From contig CAXXMV010000006.1 in the NCBI GenBank assembly GCA_963662285.2, positions 1,600,001 through 1,664,000 of the forward strand: a DNA stretch of 64,000 bases, given 5' to 3'. Every line of letters begins with the position of its first letter. The first letter of the stretch is position 1. Shown piece after piece: positions 51,102-59,382 of this stretch. Below the pieces are notes generated by a model. The model saw only the letters and a list, made by a program, of their open reading frames with translations, made no database searches and had not been told where the DNA came from. This DNA comes from a bacterium. GTDB taxonomy: Bacteria > Hinthialibacterota > Hinthialibacteria > Hinthialibacterales > Hinthialibacteraceae. A program made the position numbers and the translations under genes.

Positions 51102-53441
51102 TCATGGAAGATCTAACAGGATTTGCAATACTGCTTGCGGCATAGAGTTAGCTTGCGCCAACACTGCGCTTTGCGCTTGCAACATAACAGTATTTAAGGC
51201 TAATTCTGTAGTTTCCTGTGCTATATCAGCGCTGACAATGCTGGTATGTGCGTTCTCAATGTCTAATGAGGCTAAATCGAGAGTTTCTATTGCATCGTCC
51301 AGGCGGGAAGCAAAAGCGCCTAATCTGGCGCTGAAACCATTAACTTGTTCCAGGGCGTCATCAATTATAGTCAAGGCGGCGGTAGCGCCAGATGCGGTAG
51401 TCACATTTATGCTGTCTAAATTATTAGTTGAGTTGCTTCCTAAGTTTTCTGAACGCAAGTCAGCAAAGATGAATAATTTCTGGCTGTTGGAATCTTTGCC
51501 GATTTGGAAATTAACTGCATTGCTGGTGGTTGAGAGAACGAACGTTTCACCCCCCGATGATGCAAGGGTTGTGGCATCCAGGATGGAATCGAAATCAAGT
51601 GTAACCTGTTGGAATTTCTTAATGGGGTAAATAGAAGCTTGACCGGCGGTGAATTGCACTGCCTGGTCTCCATTTTGGAATGTGACTATTTCGCCGCCAT
51701 TCAAACTACCGACAAACTCTTTGGCGGAAGTCTCCAATTGATCATCGCCTGCAGCGAGTCCCGTGCCTAACCTGATAGTAACTTCCGGATTTGGACCGCC
51801 GGATAGATTAACGCCTTCCAGAGTTACAACTTGCCCGGCATCGACCTGCTGCGCCGCGCCTCCATCAATTGAAACGGTAGCTTTTTCTCTGGAGCCTGCC
51901 GCATCAACTGTAGAATTTACGGTTTGGCCTCCAGCGCTCACAATTATTTGCAGATTGGTTGTTGAATCTTTTCCAATATCATCAATTAATTGAATTTCAC
52001 CTGCGCCGGTTAGAGTGGCGATGGCGCCGTTAAATCCCCGGCTGGTCAGGCTTTGATCCCGGTTGTTTAATTCTTTAATTAAACCGGAATATGTTTCAAT
52101 AATTCCATCTCCGACGCCTGTATCGAATCCGACGGTGTAAGTAGTAGTAAAGGTGCTGCCATCAGATTCCGTGCCATTGATTTGGAAAGTACTGCCCATG
52201 ACGATAGATACGCCATTGAGCAACGAGTCGCTTAAACTGGTGGTATTGAATACAGGTCCGCCGCCATTACGGTCAAAATTGTTGCTGGTAGTAATTTGCC
52301 GTCTCTGCTCAGCGATAATATTACTTACCGTAATATCGAAGGTTCCTGAGTCAAAGGTTGAACCTGTTATGGCGGTTACGCTATTACCAATCAGAGCTTC
52401 AGATATCGTTCCCCCTACTTCCTGGTTATAAATGTTGGTTGCTCTATCGATATCAAAAGTAGTTCGAATAGTTCCCGCCGAATTTCTGACGGCGAAATCG
52501 ATATCGAATTCGGAAATGTTCTGGTCTGTTCCACTGTTGAACTCTAATCGTCCGTTGGCGGTAAGAGCAACGTTTGTTTCCAGTACACCGGTTCCTTCAA
52601 TACCGATATCGTTTTCTGCGGCGTTTATGGAAGCCTGTATGGTATTAATAAGGGTAGTTACGGTGTTTCCTGCCATGACGGATAGCGTACCGCTGAAAAA
52701 AGTGGTTCCATCAGCCAAGACGCCGGAGAAGGTAATATAGTCCATCGAATTTAAGGTAACCCGGTTCATCGAGGTTGCAGCTAAATTGTTGCCGCCAACC
52801 GCCGCGATTCCACCATTAATTAATTGTCCTGTCGACACGGCGATATCGGTAGCGGCGGAAATTCCGGTATGGAAGGTTCCGTCGCCTGCGTCTTTAATTT
52901 CAGTGGTTCCTGAGTCGGTTACGCCGATATTTAAGTATGAACGTCCCGAAAGTAAACTGGTTGCATTGGGACCGAATGATAAACTGGCGCCAAAGTCGCG
53001 CGTACCGCTTTTGAAATTTACGTCGGTGGTTAATGATCCGTTGAGCAGAAATTTATTGCCGAATTTGGTTGTGTTGGCGATTTCATTTAAGGCTTCAATT
53101 TTCTCCTGGATAACGGCCTGTTGGGCGCCGCTTCCACCTGCCGCGGCAACGGCGGCAACACGGATATCATTTAATAGACTAACAATCTGATCAGTTGCGC
53201 TTGAAGCAGTAGCAGTTAAGTTAATAGCTTCCTGGGTATTTTCGGATGCCCGGCTGAGACCACGGAATTGTGTTTCCAGTTGATTACTAAGAATATATCC
53301 GCCAGGATCATCTTTGGCGCTCTTGATGCGAAGCCCTGAACTGATCCTTTCTAGATTAGTCGCGATTCGATTGTCTGTATTATTTAGCCGTCCAATTATT
53401 TGTAAGGCGCTGATATTAGTGCGGATACTTTCAATAACCAT
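51102..53441 (-). CDS. Large flagellin (779 aa), paralog of the adjacent gene
   Basis: RISSGLRIKSAKDDPGG, IANTTKFG..LLNG; C-term ARLGAF..RL, SADIAQE, VLAQANSMPQAVL. Confidence 0.9.
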   Translation of the reverse strand: MVIESIRTNISALQIIGRLNNTDNRIATNLERISSGLRIKSAKDDPGGYILSNQLETQFRGLSRASENTQEAINLTATASSATDQIVSLLNDIRVAAVAAAGGSGAQQAVIQEKIEALNEIANTTKFGNKFLLNGSLTTDVNFKSGTRDFGASLSFGPNATSLLSGRSYLNIGVTDSGTTEIKDAGDGTFHTGISAATDIAVSTGQLINGGIAAVGGNNLAATSMNRVTLNSMDYITFSGVLADGTTFFSGTLSVMAGNTVTTLINTIQASINAAENDIGIEGTGVLETNVALTANGRLEFNSGTDQNISEFDIDFAVRNSAGTIRTTFDIDRATNIYNQEVGGTISEALIGNSVTAITGSTFDSGTFDITVSNIIAEQRRQITTSNNFDRNGGGPVFNTTSLSDSLLNGVSIVMGSTFQINGTESDGSTFTTTYTVGFDTGVGDGIIETYSGLIKELNNRDQSLTSRGFNGAIATLTGAGEIQLIDDIGKDSTTNLQIIVSAGGQTVNSTVDAAGSREKATVSIDGGAAQQVDAGQVVTLEGVNLSGGPNPEVTIRLGTGLAAGDDQLETSAKEFVGSLNGGEIVTFQNGDQAVQFTAGQASIYPIKKFQQVTLDFDSILDATTLASSGGETFVLSTTSNAVNFQIGKDSNSQKLFIFADLRSENLGSNSTNNLDSINVTTASGATAALTIIDDALEQVNGFSARLGAFASRLDDAIETLDLASLDIENAHTSIVSADIAQETTELALNTVMLQAQSAVLAQANSMPQAVLQILLDLP

Positions 53442-53496
53442 GATCGTTCTCCCACAATAGGTTTGAAAAAACTTAGGTAAAAAGAGAACTTTTTAC

Positions 53497-53523
53497 TAAA
53501 GTTTTTGATAAATTTGCCTATAA
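53497..53523 (+). promoter_or_regulatory. Sigma-28 (FliA/SigD)-type promoter pointing away from the flagellin gene
   Basis: TAAAGTTT-N11-GCCTATAA versus consensus TAAAGTTT-N11-GCCGATAA. Confidence 0.65.
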
Positions 53524-53524
53524 T

Positions 53525-53694
53525 GAGAGAAGAGCATTTCTCATAAGATTTCATATGAAATCAGAGAACGGCTTAAAAAAGGCTATAAAACAGGCGTAGC
53601 GCCTGCGGACCTCGTCTGCACGTGCTGCGGCGGTCAATTAAGTCATAACTCTCACTTCTCTTGGCCGGGATGCGAAGTTATGACTTAATTTTTT
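53525..53694. ncRNA. Candidate structured RNA, motif copy 1
   Basis: GAGAGAAGA...GACCTC...CTGCGGCGGTCAA...CTCACTTC..TTGGCCGGGATGCGAAGTTA; several hairpins; ends in a 15-bp inverted repeat plus T-run. Confidence 0.55.
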
Positions 53695-53805
53695 AAGAAC
53701 TATATTTTCTACCGCAATTTATCTTCTCTCATCACATTTCTTTATTAATAACGCATTGGAGATGTGCTTATAAAAAGCATCTCCAGACGCGATGTTTTTC
53801 GTTAC

Positions 53806-54010
53806 GTTCCTATCGTTGTCGTCGAAGGGCCTCGGAGATCTTCAACGACTGGCCAAAATTGGCGTAAGTTCCTTACATTGAAACAAACATTTCCTTACAG
53901 ACATAATCTATGGTCTGCGGCGGTCAGGATAAGCATCTTTCAGCCGGGATATTATAAATATATATATTTATAATATCCCGGTTAAACACGCCAATTTTAC
54001 AACAGGAACG
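53806..54010. ncRNA. Candidate structured RNA, motif copy 2 (divergent, multibranched)
   Basis: CTGCGGCGGTCA 53915-53926 ... GCCGGGAT 53943-53950; long-range pair AAAATTGGCGT/ACGCCAATTTT; 38-bp palindrome. Confidence 0.45.
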
Positions 54011-54030
54011 CAAATATTTTTTGTTCTATC

Positions 54031-54184
54031 AGAGAGAAGACGGACGGTTTTCCACTGGAGGGAAAGGCGCCGTTCCCGCTGACCTCATCATTTGTCTCTT
54101 TCATTGCTGCGACGGTCAATTAAACCATGCTCACTTCACGAAAAACTTCTCGTTGGCCGGGATGCGAAGTTACTGCTTTTTTTT
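54031..54184. ncRNA. Candidate structured RNA, motif copy 3
   Basis: Same ordered blocks as copy 1, including the identical 20-mer TTGGCCGGGATGCGAAGTTA (54153-54172); ends in T8. Confidence 0.55.
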
Positions 54185-54246
54185 AAATTCACTTTGAATA
54201 AATATACACCTCGATGAAAAGGTACTTTTCAAACTGTTCGTCATAT

Positions 54247-54274
54247 GTATCGGCATGACTTTAGAAAAACTTTA
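54247..54274 (-). promoter_or_regulatory. Sigma-28 (FliA/SigD)-type promoter facing the flagellin genes, ~800 bp upstream
   Basis: Minus strand TAAAGTTT-N12-GCCGATAC (TAAA-N16-GCCGATA). Confidence 0.7.
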
Positions 54275-54506
54275 GCTATTTTTTTTAATTTTTTCTAAAA
54301 AAAATAAAAAAATCTATTTATTAATAATAGATGTAAAAAAATGATTGACATTACCGATAATATCTGTTGTAATGTAATGTTCATTTTTCTATTTGTATGT
54401 AATGATATGATATGTACTAATAAATAATATAGTTAAATAGAATGTTTTGTTATAAATTTATAGAGTTATTTATTGAATTAATACTTTTAGAGAGCATGGA
54501 TTGTCA

Positions 54507-54890
54507 ATGCGTAAAACAGCGTTAGTGGTCGATGATGAACCAATTCCACGTACTTTTGTCTCTCATATCTTAAAATCCTTAGGATTTTTCGTTATTGAGG
54601 CCGATTCAGAGGAAAGCGCATGGGATAGTTTCGTCGAGAATGAAGAGGAATTGGATTATATAATTACCGAGATACATCTGGTAAGAGGTTCTGGACTAAA
54701 TTTATATCAAAGAATCAGGGACCGAAGCAAAAATAAGACGATAGTAGTATGTGATGATTGTTATGTTAACAATCATCAAGAAGTAATGGATGATCCCAAC
54801 GCAGTGCTGCTGGTTAAACCTTTTCCCGTGGACACCTTAATTGAGACTACCAATTTTACCAAACATAATAATAAAATAATATCAAGCTGA
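54507..54890 (+). CDS. Single-domain (CheY-like) response regulator with atypical phosphoacceptor
   Basis: ALVVDDE, LDYIITEIHL (D->E), SGL.LY..IR, LVKPF. Confidence 0.85.
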   Translation: MRKTALVVDDEPIPRTFVSHILKSLGFFVIEADSEESAWDSFVENEEELDYIITEIHLVRGSGLNLYQRIRDRSKNKTIVVCDDCYVNNHQEVMDDPNAVLLVKPFPVDTLIETTNFTKHNNKIISS

Positions 54891-54993
54891 TATTGAAATT
54901 TTCCTCCGTTATATCATTGAATTATTTCAAAACTATCCTGGTCATATTAAATATTGCTTAACAATTATTCCAAATAGTATTCGGTGAATATCA

Positions 54994-56253
54994 ATGCTCA
55001 CAGAAAAACAGATAAACATTGGTCGGCGCAATTTCATTAAGATGGTTTCTGCGTTGCCCGCAATTGGCTTGTTCGATTATTCAGCGCTTGATATGGAACC
55101 GGTCAAAGTAGCTTTGATCGGCGCTGGCGGAATCGGACTTGATCATATAAAGAAATTTGATCCTAAATATATTCAAGTAAAAGCGGTCTGCGATATCCGA
55201 CCCGGAGCGCAGGATAAAGCGCTGCATCTCCTTAAAAAAGAGCATGATATGCAAGCTGACGCCTACGCTGATTATAAAGATGCGCTAAAGCGGGATGATA
55301 TTGAGGCGGTGATTATTGGAACGCCTCTTTGGACTCACGCCCCAATCGCCATTGACGCCCTTAATGCCGGGAAACACGTATTTTGCGAAAAGATGATGGC
55401 TAAAACAGTTGAACAATGCCAGGCCATGATCGACGCCGCCGATAGTAATAAACGCATTTTGCAAATCGGTTACCAGCGTTTTTACAGTAAATTGTATCAA
55501 GATGCCTACCAATTGATACGTAACGGGCTTCTGGGCGATATCTATTACATCCGCACCTCATGGCATCTCAGCGGAGGGCGGAAACGTACTATTGAGGGCA
55601 GGGATAAGCGCGACATGGAAAAAGGTTTATTATCCCCCACCAAATATGGCTACCAGGACCTCGAACATCTGATTAACTGGCGTATGTATTGGAAATATTC
55701 TGAAGGATACGCCGCTGAATTGTTAAGCCATCAAACCGCTGTCACCAATTGGGTATATGACGCTGAACCCACATCAGTTATGGGAATGGGCGGAACCTAT
55801 ATATATAAGAATGACCGGGAAATCGAAGACCATTTTTATTGCACCTTCGGCTACCCGAACGGCCGCACGGTAACCAGTTCCATGATTCTTTCCAACGATT
55901 TTGAGCCGACTGGTGAAGTGATTATGGGTACAGAAGGAATACTGTATCTGATTGGATCATATCAGGCCTACCTGTTTCTACGCCAAGGCAAATCCAATTG
56001 GAAATACGCAGAGATTGATACTATAGCTAAAGACTTATCCAATAAACTTGATGTCAATAATTTACCTGATAAGAAAGTTGAACCAGTTAATTACGGTTCT
56101 GATGATTCATATAAAACAGAGTTCAGGGGATTCGCCAACGCCATTCGTAAAGACGGGCCGGTATTAAGCGGGGGCAGGGAAGGAATGGCGGCGGCCAAGG
56201 CCATCATCGCCGCTAATCGATCCATCAAATCCCGTCAAGCGGTTGAAATCTAG
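54994..56253 (+). CDS. Tat-exported Gfo/Idh/MocA oxidoreductase
   Basis: GRRNFIK, IGAGGIG, TPLWTH, HVFCEKMMA, LQIGYQR, NWRMYWKYS. Confidence 0.92.
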   Translation: MLTEKQINIGRRNFIKMVSALPAIGLFDYSALDMEPVKVALIGAGGIGLDHIKKFDPKYIQVKAVCDIRPGAQDKALHLLKKEHDMQADAYADYKDALKRDDIEAVIIGTPLWTHAPIAIDALNAGKHVFCEKMMAKTVEQCQAMIDAADSNKRILQIGYQRFYSKLYQDAYQLIRNGLLGDIYYIRTSWHLSGGRKRTIEGRDKRDMEKGLLSPTKYGYQDLEHLINWRMYWKYSEGYAAELLSHQTAVTNWVYDAEPTSVMGMGGTYIYKNDREIEDHFYCTFGYPNGRTVTSSMILSNDFEPTGEVIMGTEGILYLIGSYQAYLFLRQGKSNWKYAEIDTIAKDLSNKLDVNNLPDKKVEPVNYGSDDSYKTEFRGFANAIRKDGPVLSGGREGMAAAKAIIAANRSIKSRQAVEI

Positions 56254-56335
56254 GGTGGGTCGCGCCTTATCGACCCACCGATTGTGATTAATTAATTTAT
56301 TGATCCGGTGGGTCGAAAAACGCGATCCACCCTAC
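56251..56335. repeat. REP family B doublet overlapping a stop codon
   Basis: TAGGGTGGGTCGCGCCTTATCGACCCACC spacer GGTGGGTCGAAAAACGCGATCCACCCTAC; its TAG is the oxidoreductase stop. Confidence 0.8.
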
Positions 56336-56339
56336 GAGG

Positions 56340-56972
56340 TTAATAAATAGACCAGTCATCAATACCCGTTTCCTGGTTTAGTAAATACAATTTTAAGTCA
56401 TCAAACCAAACTTCATTTTCGTCATATTCATCACCTGGATTGCCCATGTGGAATATTAAGAGTAATGGATCAGTGGTTAGATTGCTTTCCGCGTCAAGAA
56501 TCAGATCAACATATACCCATTCATCCGCGTTTTCGATGGTGTATTCCGCCGATGTCCCGGTCCATGGATCTTCACTCATCGCCATGATTGGCCGAATGGT
56601 GAATGGAGCAGTTTTAACCTGAATCCAAAAGGTTACGCGCCAGGGATAGATGTCAGCGCCTTCAGGTAGAGAGATGGTTTCATTGGTATATTGGATGTTG
56701 TTCATCGCGACATCCGGCAAAGTAGTTGTTAAAATAACCATGGCAAAACCGCCATCAGGACCATCTTCAATCATCCCAAGAATCTCCGCAGTATTTCCAT
56801 TATTTTGCACTAAGTACCAGTCGCCGGGTACATACGTTTCATCTTCGAATGGAACATGTAGAATTAGTTCACCATTGACTTCTTGCGCGGCTATAACTAA
56901 TGGGAATGCTCCACTGAGCATAATTAAAGAACAGAATGTAATTAGAAATATTGATTTATCCTGGAGTTTCAT
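56340..56972 (-). CDS. Secreted CBM-like (galactose-binding jelly-roll) protein; C-terminal DW motif
   Basis: Signal peptide; FED....W, WVYVDL, VWFDDLKLY pattern; ends TGIDDWSIY. Confidence 0.7.
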   Translation of the reverse strand: MKLQDKSIFLITFCSLIMLSGAFPLVIAAQEVNGELILHVPFEDETYVPGDWYLVQNNGNTAEILGMIEDGPDGGFAMVILTTTLPDVAMNNIQYTNETISLPEGADIYPWRVTFWIQVKTAPFTIRPIMAMSEDPWTGTSAEYTIENADEWVYVDLILDAESNLTTDPLLLIFHMGNPGDEYDENEVWFDDLKLYLLNQETGIDDWSIY

Positions 56973-57073
56973 GATTACCTCCTGATAGAAAGAATGGCTG
57001 TCATTTCCTTTTTATATCAGGAAATCTCACATAATACAATCGAATCTATTATGGATTTCAAGATTTAGAATAT

Positions 57074-59140
57074 TTATTTATACGTTGCTCCCCAGGGTTC
57101 GATCTGGATTAAGTTCTTTGTCTTGAGTTCTTTATATACATCCGGCATATCGAAGGTTTTTAAGACATCGGGGATCAGAGTCGCCAGGGGCCAATCATAG
57201 AATTCTGATTCAGCGATATCAGAATATGAGGTCAGGGCGTTCTTCAGGGTAACTTGTTTAACCGAGTCAGAGAAAAGCGATGCGAATGAGGCTGGTAAAG
57301 CGCCCCATCCTTTGGCTGCTATGTGAACCTTGGTATAACCGCAACTTTTCAACCAATCCAAGACGCGCAAAACATCATAAGTCTTTTGCCCTACGTAGGG
57401 GTAATCAAGCATTATCGAATGGATGGCGTAAAAATAATCATTGCCATAGGGATTAAAGAAATCATCGCCGCAGGTATTGGGTTTTGATTCTCCGATGCCG
57501 CGTACGTCGCAGGTGAAAAATGGCGTATCAGGATATTTGGCGATTAATTCGCTAATCATCGGTTCATCGCGCAATTCCTGGTCGCTGGATAGGTGGGATA
57601 TGTAAAGAATGGCCTCATTGGTCTCACGGGGCGGTCTGGAATATTTGGGTTCATCGCAAAGCAGATAAACCAGCGCCTGGATGCCCGGTTCGGTTTCAAC
57701 TGCATAAGCTGCGGCATGAGGTTTGGGATATTTTCTCGATCCGCGGGGACGCAGGATACGGTATTCAGGGACGCTATTATCGGCGGGGAATTTCAAAGCC
57801 TCTTTGACCGCATCCTTCAAATCATTGCCGCTCAATTGTTTACGCTGCTGCGCCAGTTTCTTTGATGAATCTTTGGTAAACGAAAAGACGGTGCGTGAAT
57901 CCAAAGAGCTGACTTGGCCTTTCGGAGCGCAAAACAGCGTTTCAATCTCTTCGATAGTGAGTTCAGGTTCTGTCTGTGCTTTTGATACGCCGGTTATTTT
58001 ATTGAACCATTGATACATGGCGGTGCGGTTTTCAATGGAATAGCCATGATAACTTGGTCCAATAAACAGGCCTATGTTATCCCGTGCGCCAAGCAATCCA
58101 TAAAGATTTTGCAAGCGCTTGTGAGCTTCTTCTAATCCACGGGCATCGAAATAATCTCTCTCTTTGCCGAGTAGTATTACGGGTTTGGGCGCCATAGCTG
58201 CGATGAAATCATCATGATCCAAACCGAGCGCTAATGCTTTAGGAGGGCATTGCTCGGTATCGGCGGGAAGTTCATTCTCCAGGTTGCGGCGGAAAGTGAT
58301 GACAAAACAACTCGGGGCGCCCATAGTCCAACGGCTTTCGAGACCGCAGAGCCAGGTCGTCATGGTTCCACCGCCGGAGTTTCCGGTTACGCCAATGTGC
58401 TTGGGATCGACTTCCTCACGGGTCAGCAGGTAATCCAGCGCCCTAATGCCATCCCATGCGCGCCAGGCGCCGATAAACTCGCCAACCAGAAACTGCTGGT
58501 TGCCGGCATATAGGTGTTCCCGGACGCCAATGCCTATGCTTGATTTGTTGATTTCTCCGGCTACTGGATATTGTATGCGTTCACCCTGACCTATTGGATC
58601 ATAAATCAGAACCACATATCCCTGCCGGGCGAGTCCCTGAGCGAAGGATTGATAGATATCGACCATTTTCCCGGTGGCGGAATGTCCACAGGTTCCAATA
58701 ATACCGGGCAGGGGGAATTTCCTGTTTTTGGGGATATATAAATTAGCGGTAACCAGAAAACCGGGGCGGCTTTCGAAGATGATATTTTCTATGGTGTAGG
58801 CGTCTCTCTCGATAACCTTGGTTATTCTTGGATTTAAGGGAGTTTTTTCGGGGAACTCGCCGAAACTTTGTTTTATTTTTTCCCGGACGGATTTAAGGTA
58901 TGCTTCTGCATCGGCTTTGGTTTTGAGGTTTGATTTGGCCTCCAAACTTTTCTGTTCCGCCTGACGGACTTGTTTGACAAAATATTCCTGCACCATGCGG
59001 GGGAAGCGATTCAGTGGTTCTATACTAGATGAACTGGATGAATCGGCTGTGTAAGAAGTCATGGGGATGAATAATATTGAAAAGAGAAGAATCAATATTC
59101 CGCAGCGATTTACTTTATTGACTGAGTTTGAAAAGTTCAT
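57074..59140 (-). CDS. Secreted two-domain alpha/beta hydrolase (acetylxylan esterase-like)
   Basis: FESRPG..VTANLY.P, YDPIGQGER, WDGIRALDYL, GNSGGG nucleophile elbow. Confidence 0.85.
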   Translation of the reverse strand: MNFSNSVNKVNRCGILILLFSILFIPMTSYTADSSSSSSIEPLNRFPRMVQEYFVKQVRQAEQKSLEAKSNLKTKADAEAYLKSVREKIKQSFGEFPEKTPLNPRITKVIERDAYTIENIIFESRPGFLVTANLYIPKNRKFPLPGIIGTCGHSATGKMVDIYQSFAQGLARQGYVVLIYDPIGQGERIQYPVAGEINKSSIGIGVREHLYAGNQQFLVGEFIGAWRAWDGIRALDYLLTREEVDPKHIGVTGNSGGGTMTTWLCGLESRWTMGAPSCFVITFRRNLENELPADTEQCPPKALALGLDHDDFIAAMAPKPVILLGKERDYFDARGLEEAHKRLQNLYGLLGARDNIGLFIGPSYHGYSIENRTAMYQWFNKITGVSKAQTEPELTIEEIETLFCAPKGQVSSLDSRTVFSFTKDSSKKLAQQRKQLSGNDLKDAVKEALKFPADNSVPEYRILRPRGSRKYPKPHAAAYAVETEPGIQALVYLLCDEPKYSRPPRETNEAILYISHLSSDQELRDEPMISELIAKYPDTPFFTCDVRGIGESKPNTCGDDFFNPYGNDYFYAIHSIMLDYPYVGQKTYDVLRVLDWLKSCGYTKVHIAAKGWGALPASFASLFSDSVKQVTLKNALTSYSDIAESEFYDWPLATLIPDVLKTFDMPDVYKELKTKNLIQIEPWGATYK

Positions 59141-59171
59141 GATTATCCCATAAATAATAAAAGTTATAATC

Positions 59172-59200
59172 GGTGGGTCAAAAAACGCGATCCACCCTAC
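59172..59200. repeat. REP family B single unit
   Basis: GGTGGGTCAAAAAACGCGATCCACCCTAC. Confidence 0.75.
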
Positions 59201-59382
59201 GGCGTCAATCTAACTGTACTAAAAAAAAGACGGGGTTTCAACGTTTCCTGGCATTTCATGAGGTTTAAAGTGTTGAGCAAAGTGAACCACCCATCTCCTT
59301 TTATAAATTTGACTGTAGTAGTAAAGTTAAATACCTATAAATACAATGGATAACAACTCTTTAATTTGATGGGACAAAAACA

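Noticed and set aside
53630-53690. HDV-like (theta) ribozyme reading of motif copy 1 (P1 GGUCAA/UUGGCC, GG, GCGAA, long P2)
   Set aside because: No P3 helix can form in UCUCACUUCUC, and copy 3 lacks the P2 partner. Suggestive only; left as a test under the ncRNA finding.
53922-53945. SRP RNA helix-8 resemblance (GGUCAGG...CAGCC)
   Set aside because: Lacks the GNRA tetraloop and the AGCAG strand of the symmetric loop.
53764-53973. 69-aa ORF within the flagellin upstream region
   Set aside because: Runs through hairpins and the palindrome; the repeated blocks are not conserved as protein.
53525-54184. CRISPR array or c-di-GMP riboswitch upstream of the flagellins
   Set aside because: The repeats are split blocks with irregular spacing, there are no cas genes, and the GGCAAA/GACGCAAA c-di-GMP-I core is absent.
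53461-54234. Invertible promoter switch bounded by GTTTGAAAA/TTTTCAAAC
   Set aside because: Only 9 bp in AT-rich DNA and no recombinase in the window.
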